DNA of 64,000 nucleotides from an uncultured Thermoplasmata archaeon (lineage in GTDB: Archaea; Thermoplasmatota; Thermoplasmata; Lutacidiplasmatales; UBA184). The stretch spans positions 74,369-138,368 of the forward strand of contig CAVQKI010000006.1 in the NCBI GenBank assembly GCA_963713145.1, given 5' to 3'. Every line of letters starts with the position of its first letter. Position 1 is the first letter of the stretch. Shown here piece after piece: positions 39,167 to 47,508 of this stretch. Made by a program: the position numbers and the translations under genes. The notes under the pieces were generated by a model. That model had not been told where the DNA came from, ran no database searches, and saw nothing but the letters and a program-made list of their open reading frames with translations.

Positions 39167-39576
39167 TCACTCGAGGAGGTCCTCGAGCTCGCTCGCGACG
39201 AGGGTGAGGAGCTGGTCGAGGGACCGGTTCTTGAGTTCCGTGATGTGACCGGCGTCCGTCTCGAGGCGGGCCAGGAACTCGTCGCCGTCGCGGACGAACG
39301 ACAGCGAGAGAACGTGGCGGCGCCCGTCCGGCAGTGGAACCTCGAGCTCCGGGATCTTCACCGCGGCCTGAGCGGGGGCCCGCTTCGGCGGCGCCGCCTT
39401 CGGGGCCGGCTTCGCGACCTTCTTGGCGCGGCTTCGAGGCCTTCGGCCACGGGCTGCGACTTCTTGGCCACGGGCCTTGCGACCTTCTTCGCCACGGGCT
39501 TTGCAGGCTTCCGGACAGGGGGCCGCTTCTTTTCCGCGCGACGGGGACGTGGAGCCGGTCGCCGGGAAGAAGACAT
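39167..39576 (-). CDS. small protein with Lys/Ala/Pro-rich basic N-terminal tail and compact C-terminal domain; frame break at about 39424-39430
   Basis: ORF 39358..39576 (MSSSRRPAPRPRRAEKKRPPVRKPAKPVAKKVARPVAKK...) continues after a one-base shift as KKVAKPAPKAAPPKRAPAQAAVKIPELEVPLPDG... (ORF 39167..39361). The DNA shows imperfect units of about 22 nt (CTTCTTGGCCACGGGCCTTGCG / CTTCTTCGCCACGGGCTTTGCA). Confidence 0.5.
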
Positions 39577-39612
39577 TTCGACGGGCCTCGAGTCGGGCGC
39601 ACCAAGCCCTCC

Positions 39613-39619
39613 TATTTAT
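39613..39619. promoter_or_regulatory. A/T box TATTTAT in the divergent intergenic region
   Basis: This is the only A/T-rich element between the minus-strand start at 39576 and the plus-strand start at 39706. Confidence 0.3.
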
Positions 39620-39705
39620 GGGTATGGTAACAGCGCGCCTCGAGACGGCAGCCTCGCCTCTCCGGGCGCACCGATTTACGGTGAATCACCCCTTCGCGCG
39701 TTCGG

Positions 39706-41549
39706 ATGGACGGCCGCGACGCGGCAGGGAGCCGGACGGCGGACCCCGGCGATCCGCCGCTGCGGCCCGAGACGGCCCTCTTCCTGGCAGGCCTCACCTT
39801 CCTCCTCGTCTTCGTTGTCCTTGAGCCGTTCCTGTCGTACCTCGCTCTTCGGTTCCGATACCGGTGAGTACCATCGCCTCACGGCGGACCTGGTCTCCAC
39901 GGGGTCGATCCCGCACGGTTCGGCCTACGCGGGCTGGGGTAGCGCGTACCCCGACTTCCCGGGGATCTTCTTGCTCGGTGGAGGGGCAGCGGAGGCCCTC
40001 CACCTGAGCGTCTTCACCGGGCTCACCGTCGTGGTGCCCGTCGTCGCCGTACTCTCGGTCCTGCCCCTGTTCCTCCTGTTCCGACGCCTGTACCCGAACG
40101 ACAACGTCGCGCTCCTGGGCGCGGCGATCGCCTCCGTGGCCATGCCCCGGATGTTCTCCATGGCGCATCCGGCACCGCTGGCCCTGGGCGACTTCCTCTG
40201 CGTTGCCGGTCTCTGGATGCTGCTCGAGAGCCGGACGGACCGGCGATGGTACCTCCCTCTCTCCCTCACGGCGGGGGCGCTGATCCTGACGCACCACCTC
40301 TCGTCCTACTTCTTCGCGATCGGCGCCCTCGGCGGGATCCTCTTCCTGGAGCTGTGGAGGCCGGGCCTGTGGAGCCGGCGCTTCCCGATGCGTGAGTTCG
40401 TCTTCCTCGCCGCCTTCCTGACGGCGACGTTCGGGTTCTGGTTCTACGGGACGAGCGAGTTCGTCGCGAAGGTTCTGCTTCCGGGATTTGGGGGAAATTC
40501 TGGGGTCGGGTTCGGAGCCCTGGAGGCCGGCGGACTGGTAGCGATCGCGCTCGCGGCCGTTCTCGTGCGCTGGCGTCGCGCCCACTACCGGCGACGGGAC
40601 CGTTGGGTGCGGCTCCCTACCGACCGGAGCCTGCTTCGCGACGCGGTGGCCATCGCCATCGGCGTCTTCGCCATCGTTTCTCTCCTCCTGGTCTTCCCGA
40701 TTCCCGGAACGAGCCAGACCACGAGCCCGGCCGCCCTCCTGTGGTTCGCGCCCATCCTCGGGCTCGCGATCTTCTGTGCGGGCAGCCGACGGTCTCTCTC
40801 GCCCGCGCGGATGGGTCCGTTCGCGCTCGCCTGGCTGGGCGTGCTGAGCCTCTCCGCCGTGACGATGCTTGGCCTCGCGAGCCTAGGAACCTCGTTCCCG
40901 CGGTACGCCGTCGCCGTTGGGTTCGCCGACACGCTCTCCCCAGGGCGGCACGTCGAGTACCTGTTCATCCCGCTGGGGCTGCTGATGGCGGTCGGGCTCG
41001 CGCGGCTCGTCGCGCGTGCGGGCGACCGGCACGGACGCCGGGCGTTCTTCGCCGCGGCCGTGGCGGTCGTGGTCGTGGTCGCGGCGAACGCGGCGATCGT
41101 CTATCCCCCCCAATCCGACTTCGGAGGGTTCGAGGAGGGGTTGACCCACGGGGACGCGGCGCTCTGGATGTGGGTCGGCATCGCGATCCCCCCCAGCGCC
41201 GCTGTAGCGACCGATCATCGGCTCAGCTCGATGATCTTCGGGTTCGACGGCAATCCCGCGACGTGGGTCACCACCTCGGCCCTCTTCGATGGGTCCAACG
41301 GCAGCTGGGTCGATGCGTACCGAAGAACTGGTGAGCGTCGGGGTACCCAACCCCGCCGACCCGCACCCGATCGATTTCGTCGCGGTAGACTCGGTCATGT
41401 ACACCGGCGTCGCGCTTGACCCCTCGGCGCTAGCCCTGCCGCTCAGCAACATCTCCATCGGATGGTTCGAGAAGCTCCCGTTCTTGCCGGTGTACGAGAA
41501 CGGTCTCGAGGTGGTCTATCTCGTGGATGCGACGTTCCTTCGCCCGTAG
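39706..41549 (+). CDS. polytopic GT-C-like glycosyltransferase / large integral membrane protein; frame breaks at about 39850 and about 41315
   Basis: The ATG at 39706 gives MDGRDAAGSRTADPGDPPLRPETALFLAGLTFLLVFVVLEPFLSYLALRF. After a shift come GSDTGEYHRLTADLVSTGSIPHG and more than 10 TM helices. After a second shift the C-terminus follows: EELVSVGVPNPADPHPIDFVAVDSVMYTG...VVYLVD. The family call is weak. Confidence 0.5.
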
Positions 41550-42256
41550 GGGACGAGCGAACCGTCGCGTCGCCAGGAAAAGATCGGCACTGTACCTTCG
41601 TTGGCGAGGTCCTCCAGGAGGCGGCGCGCCCACTCGAGCTTGGCGAGCTTCCGCGCGCGAGCGGACGGGTCGCCCTCGTCGATCCGCTCGAACTCGAACC
41701 CCCAGAGGAGGATCCTGCGCGCGCCGAGCTCCTCGGCGAGGTACGCCGCACGGTCACCGTCGGTGAACCCGCCGACGTCGATCAGGGCGGGACGCGGGGG
41801 GCCTGCCCAGGAACCGGCGAGTTCCCCCGGGAACTCCGGCACCCAGCGCTCGAGCTCCGCGACGTTGTCGCCGTGGGCGTGCACTACGACCAGGCTTCCC
41901 CGCAGGTTCGCCGTGATCTCCGACGGTACGGGGCCATCGAGGTCGGTGACGATGACCGCGGGCACGAGCCCCGCTTCGAGGCACGGAGCGGTCGCGCCGT
42001 CCGCCGCGATCAGAACGGGGCCGTCGGAGGAGGCGGGCAGCCGCCAGATCGGAGGAGGTCCCGCGCCGGGAGCCAAGCCGACCACGACCACGTCGTGGCT
42101 GCGGACGCGCGCGCCGATCCGATCCAGCGGAGCCACCCGGTCGGCGGGCCGGAGAAGCCGCTCGAGGGTCGCGGCGGCACGTTCCTCGCGGTCGAACGGG
42201 AACCCGAACTCCTCTCGGATCGTTCGGTAGCGAGGGGCCCAGGCGTCGTACCGCAC
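41516..42256 (-). CDS. mptE: 6-hydroxymethylpterin diphosphokinase MptE-like (DUF115)
   Basis: VVVVGLAPG...LIAADGA...VIVTDLDG...VVVHAHGDN and GGFTDGDRAAYLA. Confidence 0.6.
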   Translation of the reverse strand: MRYDAWAPRYRTIREEFGFPFDREERAAATLERLLRPADRVAPLDRIGARVRSHDVVVVGLAPGAGPPPIWRLPASSDGPVLIAADGATAPCLEAGLVPAVIVTDLDGPVPSEITANLRGSLVVVHAHGDNVAELERWVPEFPGELAGSWAGPPRPALIDVGGFTDGDRAAYLAEELGARRILLWGFEFERIDEGDPSARARKLAKLEWARRLLEDLANEGTVPIFSWRRDGSLVPYGRRNVASTR

Positions 42257-42294
42257 GACTCCTCCCGCCGAGACGGGGGAAGTTGCGCTAACCC

Positions 42295-42302
42295 TTTATA
42301 AT
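42295..42302. promoter_or_regulatory. TATA-like box TTTATAAT between divergent mptE and ftsZ
   Basis: It lies about 40 nt from the mptE ATG (42256) and about 40 nt from the candidate ftsZ ATG (42340). Confidence 0.35.
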
Positions 42303-42339
42303 GACGCCGGTGCTTCGCGTCCCGAGGAAACCTCTCGTG

Positions 42340-43461
42340 ATGCGACCGCTCGCTCAGGAGATCCTAGCCCACCTGCCCGGGCGAGGGAAAGAAGGGGACT
42401 CCGGCCCCTCCACCGCAGACGAACGACGACGCCGAGCTCGAGGCGATGCTCGCCTCGCTCAAGACCACGATCAAGGTCGTAGGTTGCGGCGGCGGCGGCT
42501 GCAACACCATCAACCGTCTCACCGAGGAGGGACTCGCGGGCGCCGAGATGGTCGCCTGCAACACGGACGCCCAGCACCTCCTTACAATCCACGCGCCGCG
42601 CAAGATCCTCCTCGGCCGCCGGCTCACTCGCGGGCTCGGGGCGGGAGCTCTCCCCCAGGTCGGCGAGCAGGCCGCGAAGGAAGCCGAGGACGAGCTCAAG
42701 AAGGCGCTCGCGAACTCGGACATGGTCTTCATCACGCTCGGTCTCGGTGGCGGAACGGGAACGGGCTCCGCACCGGTCGTCGCACAGTGCGCGAAGGATT
42801 CGGGCGGCGCAGCGCCGCTCACGATCGCGGTCTGCACGCTCCCGTTCGCTTCAGAAGGTCTCGTGCGCCAGGAGAACGCCGGATGGGGCCTCGAGCGCCT
42901 CCGCGAGGTCGTCGACACCGTGATCACGATCCCGAACGACCGGCTCCTCGAGCTCGTTCCCCGGCTCCCCATCCAGACGGCGTTCAAGGTCGCAGACTCG
43001 GTGCTGGCCCGTGCGATCCGCGGGATCACCGAGATCATCACGCGGCCCGGGCTCGTCAACCTCGATTTCAACGATCTGCGGACGATCATGAAGGGCGGCG
43101 GGGTCGCCCTCATCGGGATCGGAGAGTCCGAGAGCGAGAACCGGGCGGAGGATGCCGTGCTCGAAGCGATCAACTCCCCGCTCCTCCACGTGGACATCGC
43201 GGGCGCGACCGGCGCCCTGATCAACGTGACGGGCGGGCCCGACATGACGGTCGCCGAGGCTCAGAAGGCCGCGGAGGTCGTCCAGAAGACGGTCAGCCCC
43301 ACCGCGCGCATCATCTGGGGCGCGGCGGTCGACCCTACGATGCAGAGCACGATCCGCGTGATGCTCGTCGTAACCGGGGTTAAATCCCCCCAGATTTACG
43401 CGGGGTCGGCCGGCCGAGCTCCCCCCGAAAGACCGGACCCGAGCTCGACGTCGTCCACTAA
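42340..43461 (+). CDS. ftsZ: cell division GTPase FtsZ; frame breaks near 42375-42385 (N-terminal, tentative) and in the C6 run at 43421-43426
   Basis: [54 protein letters not shown] and VNLDFNDL. With one extra C in the run at 43421-43426 the protein ends ...[18 protein letters not shown] (43459-43461) instead of running on for 430 codons. Confidence 0.9.
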
Positions 43462-43472
43462 GGTAGGAACCG

Positions 43473-43715
43473 ATGGCATTCCTCGATCGCGCGCGCCATG
43501 TCCAGGACGAGGTCGACGCGCGTCTGCGCAACGTCGGCCACGGCAAGTACGGGCGCATCCTTCGAATGGCCCGGCGCCCGACCTCCGAGGAGTACGTCAA
43601 GGTCCTTGGGGTCACCGCCCTGGGAGCGGTCCTGATCGGAATGACTGGGTTCGCGATCTACATCTTCTTCACGCAGGCGGGTCCGTGGGTGTGGAACGCC
43701 CTCGCGCACCTTTGA
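43473..43715 (+). CDS. secE: preprotein translocase subunit SecE / Sec61-gamma
   Basis: 80 aa. [39 protein letters not shown]. Conserved position upstream of spt5-rpl11. Confidence 0.8.
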   Translation: MAFLDRARHVQDEVDARLRNVGHGKYGRILRMARRPTSEEYVKVLGVTALGAVLIGMTGFAIYIFFTQAGPWVWNALAHL

Positions 43716-43735
43716 GCCAGCTCGGGCGAGGGGCC

Positions 43736-44728
43736 ATGGTCGGGGAAGGGAACGAGGACGGCATCGGGCTACTGTCGGGGGCTCCTCCCCCGGCGCAGAA
43801 GGCCGCCCCCGCGGCGCCCTCCGTCGCTCCAACACCCGCTGCCCCCGCACCAGTGCCCGTCTCGAAGCCCGTGGCGGCGCGCCTTCTCTCGATCCAGGCC
43901 GCGGACGACACGACCCGCGAGGTAACCGCGGGGACCGTGACAACGCTCTCCGCCGTACTCACCAGCCGTTCGCCCGAGCCGCTCGACGCCACGCTGTTGG
44001 TCGAGGTCGGCTACCGCTCCACGTATCCTGGCGAAGGGGCCGAGTGGCCCGTGAGCTGGTCGCCCCCCGGAAAGCGCGGTCGGAACGAGCTGTTCCCGCG
44101 CAAGGAGCGCCACAACGTCCACGTCGCGGCGAACGCCGGACTACCGCTCTCGTTCGAGATCACCGCCCCTGTCGGGGTCCGGTACGGCGACCGGGTCGAG
44201 GTCCGCCTCGAGATCGAGTCCCCCGACAGCGGCACGAACCCGAAGCTTACGCTTGCCTGCGTCGCGCGCCAGGCCGTTCTCGCGATCAAGACCTCGCGCG
44301 GCTACGAGCGGGAGGTCGCCGACACCCTGCTCGCCCGGACGGAGGAGAAACCGGACGTCGTCTTCTCGCTGCTCGTCCCGTCCGCCATCCGCGGCTACGT
44401 CTTCGCCGAGGGAATGAGCTTCGAGGGCGTGCGCGAGATGCTGAAGGGGATCCGCAAGGCCCGCGGTCTTGTGGAGGGGGAGACGACCCTCAAGGAGGTC
44501 GAACCGCTCCTCGTCCCGAAGATCACGGTCGAGGGTTTCGTAGAAGGAGCGATCGTCGAGCTCATCTCGGGACCGTTCAAGGGAGAGAAGGCACGCGTGA
44601 AGAAGATCGACCAGGCGAAGGAGGAGATCACGGTGGAGCTAATCGAGGCGGTCGTCCCGATCCCGGTCACGGTGCGGGGCGACCATGTGCGCATGCTAGA
44701 GAAGGGAGGTGGGAAGTCTGGCGGATGA
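43736..44728 (+). CDS. spt5: transcription elongation factor Spt5 (NusG) with an N-terminal extension of about 185 aa
   Basis: The C-terminal 145 aa form NGN+KOW ([18 protein letters not shown]...GYVFAEG...[43 protein letters not shown]). No ATG/GTG/TTG lies in frame near the NGN start. The frame is open back to the ATG at 43736, giving a Pro/Ala linker plus a beta-rich domain of about 130 aa. Confidence 0.75.
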   Translation: MVGEGNEDGIGLLSGAPPPAQKAAPAAPSVAPTPAAPAPVPVSKPVAARLLSIQAADDTTREVTAGTVTTLSAVLTSRSPEPLDATLLVEVGYRSTYPGEGAEWPVSWSPPGKRGRNELFPRKERHNVHVAANAGLPLSFEITAPVGVRYGDRVEVRLEIESPDSGTNPKLTLACVARQAVLAIKTSRGYEREVADTLLARTEEKPDVVFSLLVPSAIRGYVFAEGMSFEGVREMLKGIRKARGLVEGETTLKEVEPLLVPKITVEGFVEGAIVELISGPFKGEKARVKKIDQAKEEITVELIEAVVPIPVTVRGDHVRMLEKGGGKSGG

Positions 44729-45185
44729 GGTGAGCCTGCTGGTCGAAGGCGGCAAGGCGTCGGCGGGACCGCCGCTCGGACCCGCGCTCGGCCCGCTCGG
44801 GGTCAACGTCGGCCAGGTGGTCGCGAAGATCAACGAGGAGACGAAGCAGTTCGCGGGCATGCGCGTGCCGGTCGTCATCAGGGTCGACCCCGCGACCCGG
44901 TCGTTCACGCTGGTGGTCGGACGCCCGCCCGTGGCCGCGCTGCTCCTCAAGGAGGCCGGCAAGGAGAAGGGCTCCGGCAAGGCGAAGACCGAGATCGTCG
45001 GCGACGTCCCGCTGGACGCGGTCAAGCGGATCGCCGAGGCGAAGGGGGAGGACCTCTTCGGCCGGACGATCGAGGAAAAGATGAACCAGGTCATCGGCAC
45101 GTGCGTCTCGTTGGGCCTCACCGTCGACGGCGAGGACCCCAGAAGCCTCCTCAAGACGCGCATCGAGGCGAGGGGCCCCCGATGA
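44709..45185 (+). CDS. rpl11: 50S ribosomal protein uL11
   Basis: [42 protein letters not shown]. Confidence 0.9.
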   Translation: MGSLADEVSLLVEGGKASAGPPLGPALGPLGVNVGQVVAKINEETKQFAGMRVPVVIRVDPATRSFTLVVGRPPVAALLLKEAGKEKGSGKAKTEIVGDVPLDAVKRIAEAKGEDLFGRTIEEKMNQVIGTCVSLGLTVDGEDPRSLLKTRIEARGPR

Positions 45186-45481
45186 TGGGAGCCCCGGGCG
45201 GACCGCCGCCCGACCTTTCGAACGCGGAGATCGTCGACTACACGATCGTCGAGGGCGACGGCCGCGTGCGGCTGAAGCTCAAGGACGGGTCCGTGATCGA
45301 GGTCCGCCTCGAGATCATGAACGTGCTCCGGGCCGGCAACGACCCGACGACCGGCCTGCCGACGTACGTCGTCCAGTCAGCGCCCCTCATCCGGCTGGTC
45401 GAGGCCGCGAAGGAACTCAGGAAGGCCCCCCTGCGGCAAGGGGGAGGGCGCGACTCGAAGGCACTCCCCGGCTTCGGCTGA
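45182..45481 (+). CDS. hypothetical 99-aa protein, start overlaps the rpl11 stop (ATGA)
   Basis: [73 protein letters not shown]. No family recognised. Confidence 0.5.
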   Translation: MMGAPGGPPPDLSNAEIVDYTIVEGDGRVRLKLKDGSVIEVRLEIMNVLRAGNDPTTGLPTYVVQSAPLIRLVEAAKELRKAPLRQGGGRDSKALPGFG

Positions 45482-45500
45482 ACCGTACCCCTGTCGGCGG

Positions 45501-45556
45501 CTAGGGCACCCCGGGGCCCTTGTGGACCCCGGGGCTGGGACGCGCAGCGTCCCTAG
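45501..45556. terminator. nested palindromes in the convergent gap (CTAGGG...CCCTAG enclosing two hairpins)
   Basis: CCCCGGGG at 45509-45516 pairs with CCCCGGGG at 45527-45534. GGGACGC-GCA-GCGTCCC lies at 45537-45553. The outer pair is CTAGGG (45501-06) and CCCTAG (45551-56). There is no oligo-T tract, so a terminator function is speculative. Confidence 0.25.
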
Positions 45557-46041
45557 GCGATGGGTACTTTGACCTCGTCGAGCGAGGCGGTCGGGTGCTC
45601 CTTCGGCAGCTCGAGCTCGAGGACCCCGTTCTCGACCTTGGCCTTCGCCTGAGAGCCAAGCACGGGCTCGGGGAGCTCGAACGAGCGCTGGTAGCCCGCG
45701 TGGGCCCGCTCACGGTGGACGTACTCGGTTCCCTTCTCCTCGGTCTCCTTTACGCTCTCGCCCCGAATCTCCACGCTCGTCCCGCGGACGCGGATGTCGA
45801 GCTTCTCCTTCGGGATCCCCGGAACCTCGGCGACGATGCGGAACGTCTTTCCGGTGTCCGAGACGTCGGTCCGGGCCGGTCGGAAGAACGCGAGCTCGCT
45901 CGGCTCGGCGGCCGCGTACGGGAACCCGAACGGCACGAAGCCGAAGGTGTCGTAGAACCGCTCGCGGAGAGAGTCGAGGGCTCGGTCGAATTCGGTCGGC
46001 GGTGTGGTGTTTTGGATCTCTTTCGTCATCGATGCACCCAT
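45553..46041 (-). CDS. hsp20: small heat-shock protein (Hsp20/alpha-crystallin)
   Basis: DVSDTGKTFRIVAEVPGIPKEKLDIRVRGTSVEIRGE...YQRSFELPEPV......AKVENGVLELELPK. Confidence 0.9.
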   Translation of the reverse strand: MGASMTKEIQNTTPPTEFDRALDSLRERFYDTFGFVPFGFPYAAAEPSELAFFRPARTDVSDTGKTFRIVAEVPGIPKEKLDIRVRGTSVEIRGESVKETEEKGTEYVHRERAHAGYQRSFELPEPVLGSQAKAKVENGVLELELPKEHPTASLDEVKVPIA

Positions 46042-46071
46042 GGTTTGTCGAATGTAGTAAGTTTACGATTG

Positions 46072-46082
46072 TATATAAAATA
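46072..46082 (-). promoter_or_regulatory. TATA/BRE-like A/T box upstream of hsp20, bracketed by GTAAGT (46057-62) / ACTTAC (46091-96)
   Basis: TATATAAAATA lies 31-41 nt upstream of the hsp20 ATG. The 6-bp inverted repeat flanking it was read directly from the sequence. Confidence 0.45.
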
Positions 46083-46207
46083 GTCATATCACTTACCTCG
46101 AGGAAACCCATGACCCGGAGACTCACTCGCGACCGGGACGGCCGGGCCCGAGCGTACGGGACGCCGAGCGCCGAAGAGACTAAAAACGGCGTGCGGGTCG
46201 GTCCGGC

Positions 46208-46525
46208 GTGGTCGATCTCCAGGAGACCCCGGCCGTGCCGCCGTTCGACCCCAAGGGGGACGAGCGGGCCGGCTACTTCATCGCGGGGGGCCTGCTCCTC
46301 TTCCTCGGCTGGGGGATGGGGGTCGTCGTGAACGTCCTCCTGCACATTCTCTCGCCGAAGGGCGGGCGCGTCCTCTTCGGGCTCTACTTCGGGCCGACGC
46401 TCGGCGTCTACGCCTGGGCGACGCTCGCCCTCGGGGTCGCCACGGGCGCGATGGGCATCGTTCTCATCGCCCTCGCACGGGAATCGTCCAAGGGAGCGGT
46501 TGCGCTCCCGGGGTACGACTACTGA
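46208..46525 (+). CDS. small membrane protein (3 TM)
   Basis: GYFIAGGLLLFLGWGMGVVVNVLL, VLFGLYFGPTLGVYAW and LALGVATGAMGIVLIAL. Confidence 0.5.
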   Translation: MVDLQETPAVPPFDPKGDERAGYFIAGGLLLFLGWGMGVVVNVLLHILSPKGGRVLFGLYFGPTLGVYAWATLALGVATGAMGIVLIALARESSKGAVALPGYDY

Positions 46526-46534
46526 TCGTCGGGC

Positions 46535-46750
46535 TCACTGGGTCCGGCCAGGGGCCGGCGGTCGCCGAGCCGCCCGACGCGACGGAGGGGACCGGATCTC
46601 GATCGGGCTCTTCGCCTTCTTCTGGATCGCGACGCAGTCCGCGCACGTCCGCTCGTCCGTATCGAGGTGCTCCCGGCAGAACGTCCGCCCGCAGATCGTA
46701 CATCCGAGCGTAGCCGGAGCCCCGCACCGCGCGCACTGGCCAACGAGCAT
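46535..46750 (-). CDS. small cytosolic zinc-finger protein
   Basis: CARCGAPATLGCTICGRTFCREHLDTDERTCADC, followed by a basic tail. Last gene of the gatD-gatE-pgp string. Confidence 0.5.
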   Translation of the reverse strand: MLVGQCARCGAPATLGCTICGRTFCREHLDTDERTCADCVAIQKKAKSPIEIRSPPSRRAARRPPAPGRTQ

Positions 46751-46773
46751 GGACTTCCCCCCGGTGGGAACGC

Positions 46774-47508
46774 TCAGCCGAGGAGGTGACCCGCCTTAAG
46801 CCCTTCGACAAATCCCTCGGAAAAGTCCGCCCGGGTAACGTAGCGTGCGGCGGCCCGGGCCCGCGGGCTGCCCGACGGAAAACTGACCCCGAACCCTGCC
46901 GCCCGGAGCATTCCCACGTCGTTGTCCCCGTCCCCGAGCACCACGCAATCCGAGGGCCGCAGCCCGAGTGGATGGAGCGCCCGCCGCAGCGCGGGGAGCT
47001 TGCCGGCGCCCGTCTCCATGAGATGGATCGCGTACCCCGTCGACTCGACCGCGACCTTCCGGCCCCCGAGCGCGCGTCGGACCGCCGCGACGCTGACCGT
47101 CGGCTCGATCGCGACCTCCGTCTCCCGCCATCGGTCCGTGAACAGCTTCCGGGCCGGCACCCCCGCCCGCACCACGGCGCGAAACGCCGAACGGGCGACC
47201 CGCGGGTCGGCGAGGTGCTCCACGACCTCACGGTCGCCTTCCCGTCGGTAGAGGACCCCTCCGTTCTCGGCGACGATCGGGCCCGAGAGCCCGAGGAAGC
47301 GGTGGAGGGCGAGGGAGATCGGAAGGACGTTGCCGGTGGCAAGGATGACCGGTACGCCCCTCTCCTCGAGGCGGCGGACGGCAGCGATGGCCCGCGGGTC
47401 GAGCCGACGACTCGCATCGGTCAGCGTACCGTCTACGTCCGTCACCACGGCGCGGAACAGGCCCGCCGCGCCGCCGACCACGTTCGCCTTTTCAGGGGAC
47501 CGGCCCAT
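46774..47508 (-). CDS. phosphoglycolate phosphatase-like HAD-IIB hydrolase (archaeal PGP/Cof type)
   Basis: VVTDVDGTLTD, VILATGN, GPIVAENGG and VLGDGDNDVGML. The start ATG overlaps the gatE TAA (TAATG). Confidence 0.75.
   Translation of the reverse strand: MGRSPEKANVVGGAAGLFRAVVTDVDGTLTDASRRLDPRAIAAVRRLEERGVPVILATGNVLPISLALHRFLGLSGPIVAENGGVLYRREGDREVVEHLADPRVARSAFRAVVRAGVPARKLFTDRWRETEVAIEPTVSVAAVRRALGGRKVAVESTGYAIHLMETGAGKLPALRRALHPLGLRPSDCVVLGDGDNDVGMLRAAGFGVSFPSGSPRARAAARYVTRADFSEGFVEGLKAGHLLG

Noticed and set aside
42446-44728. 760-aa ORF in the track that would fuse FtsZ to Spt5.
   Set aside because: The middle part is featureless Arg/Pro/Gly sequence and overlaps a good SecE ORF (43473..43715) in another frame. 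One extra C in the C6 run at 43421-43426 gives FtsZ a normal C-terminus and a TAA at 43459-43461. The fusion is therefore an indel artefact.
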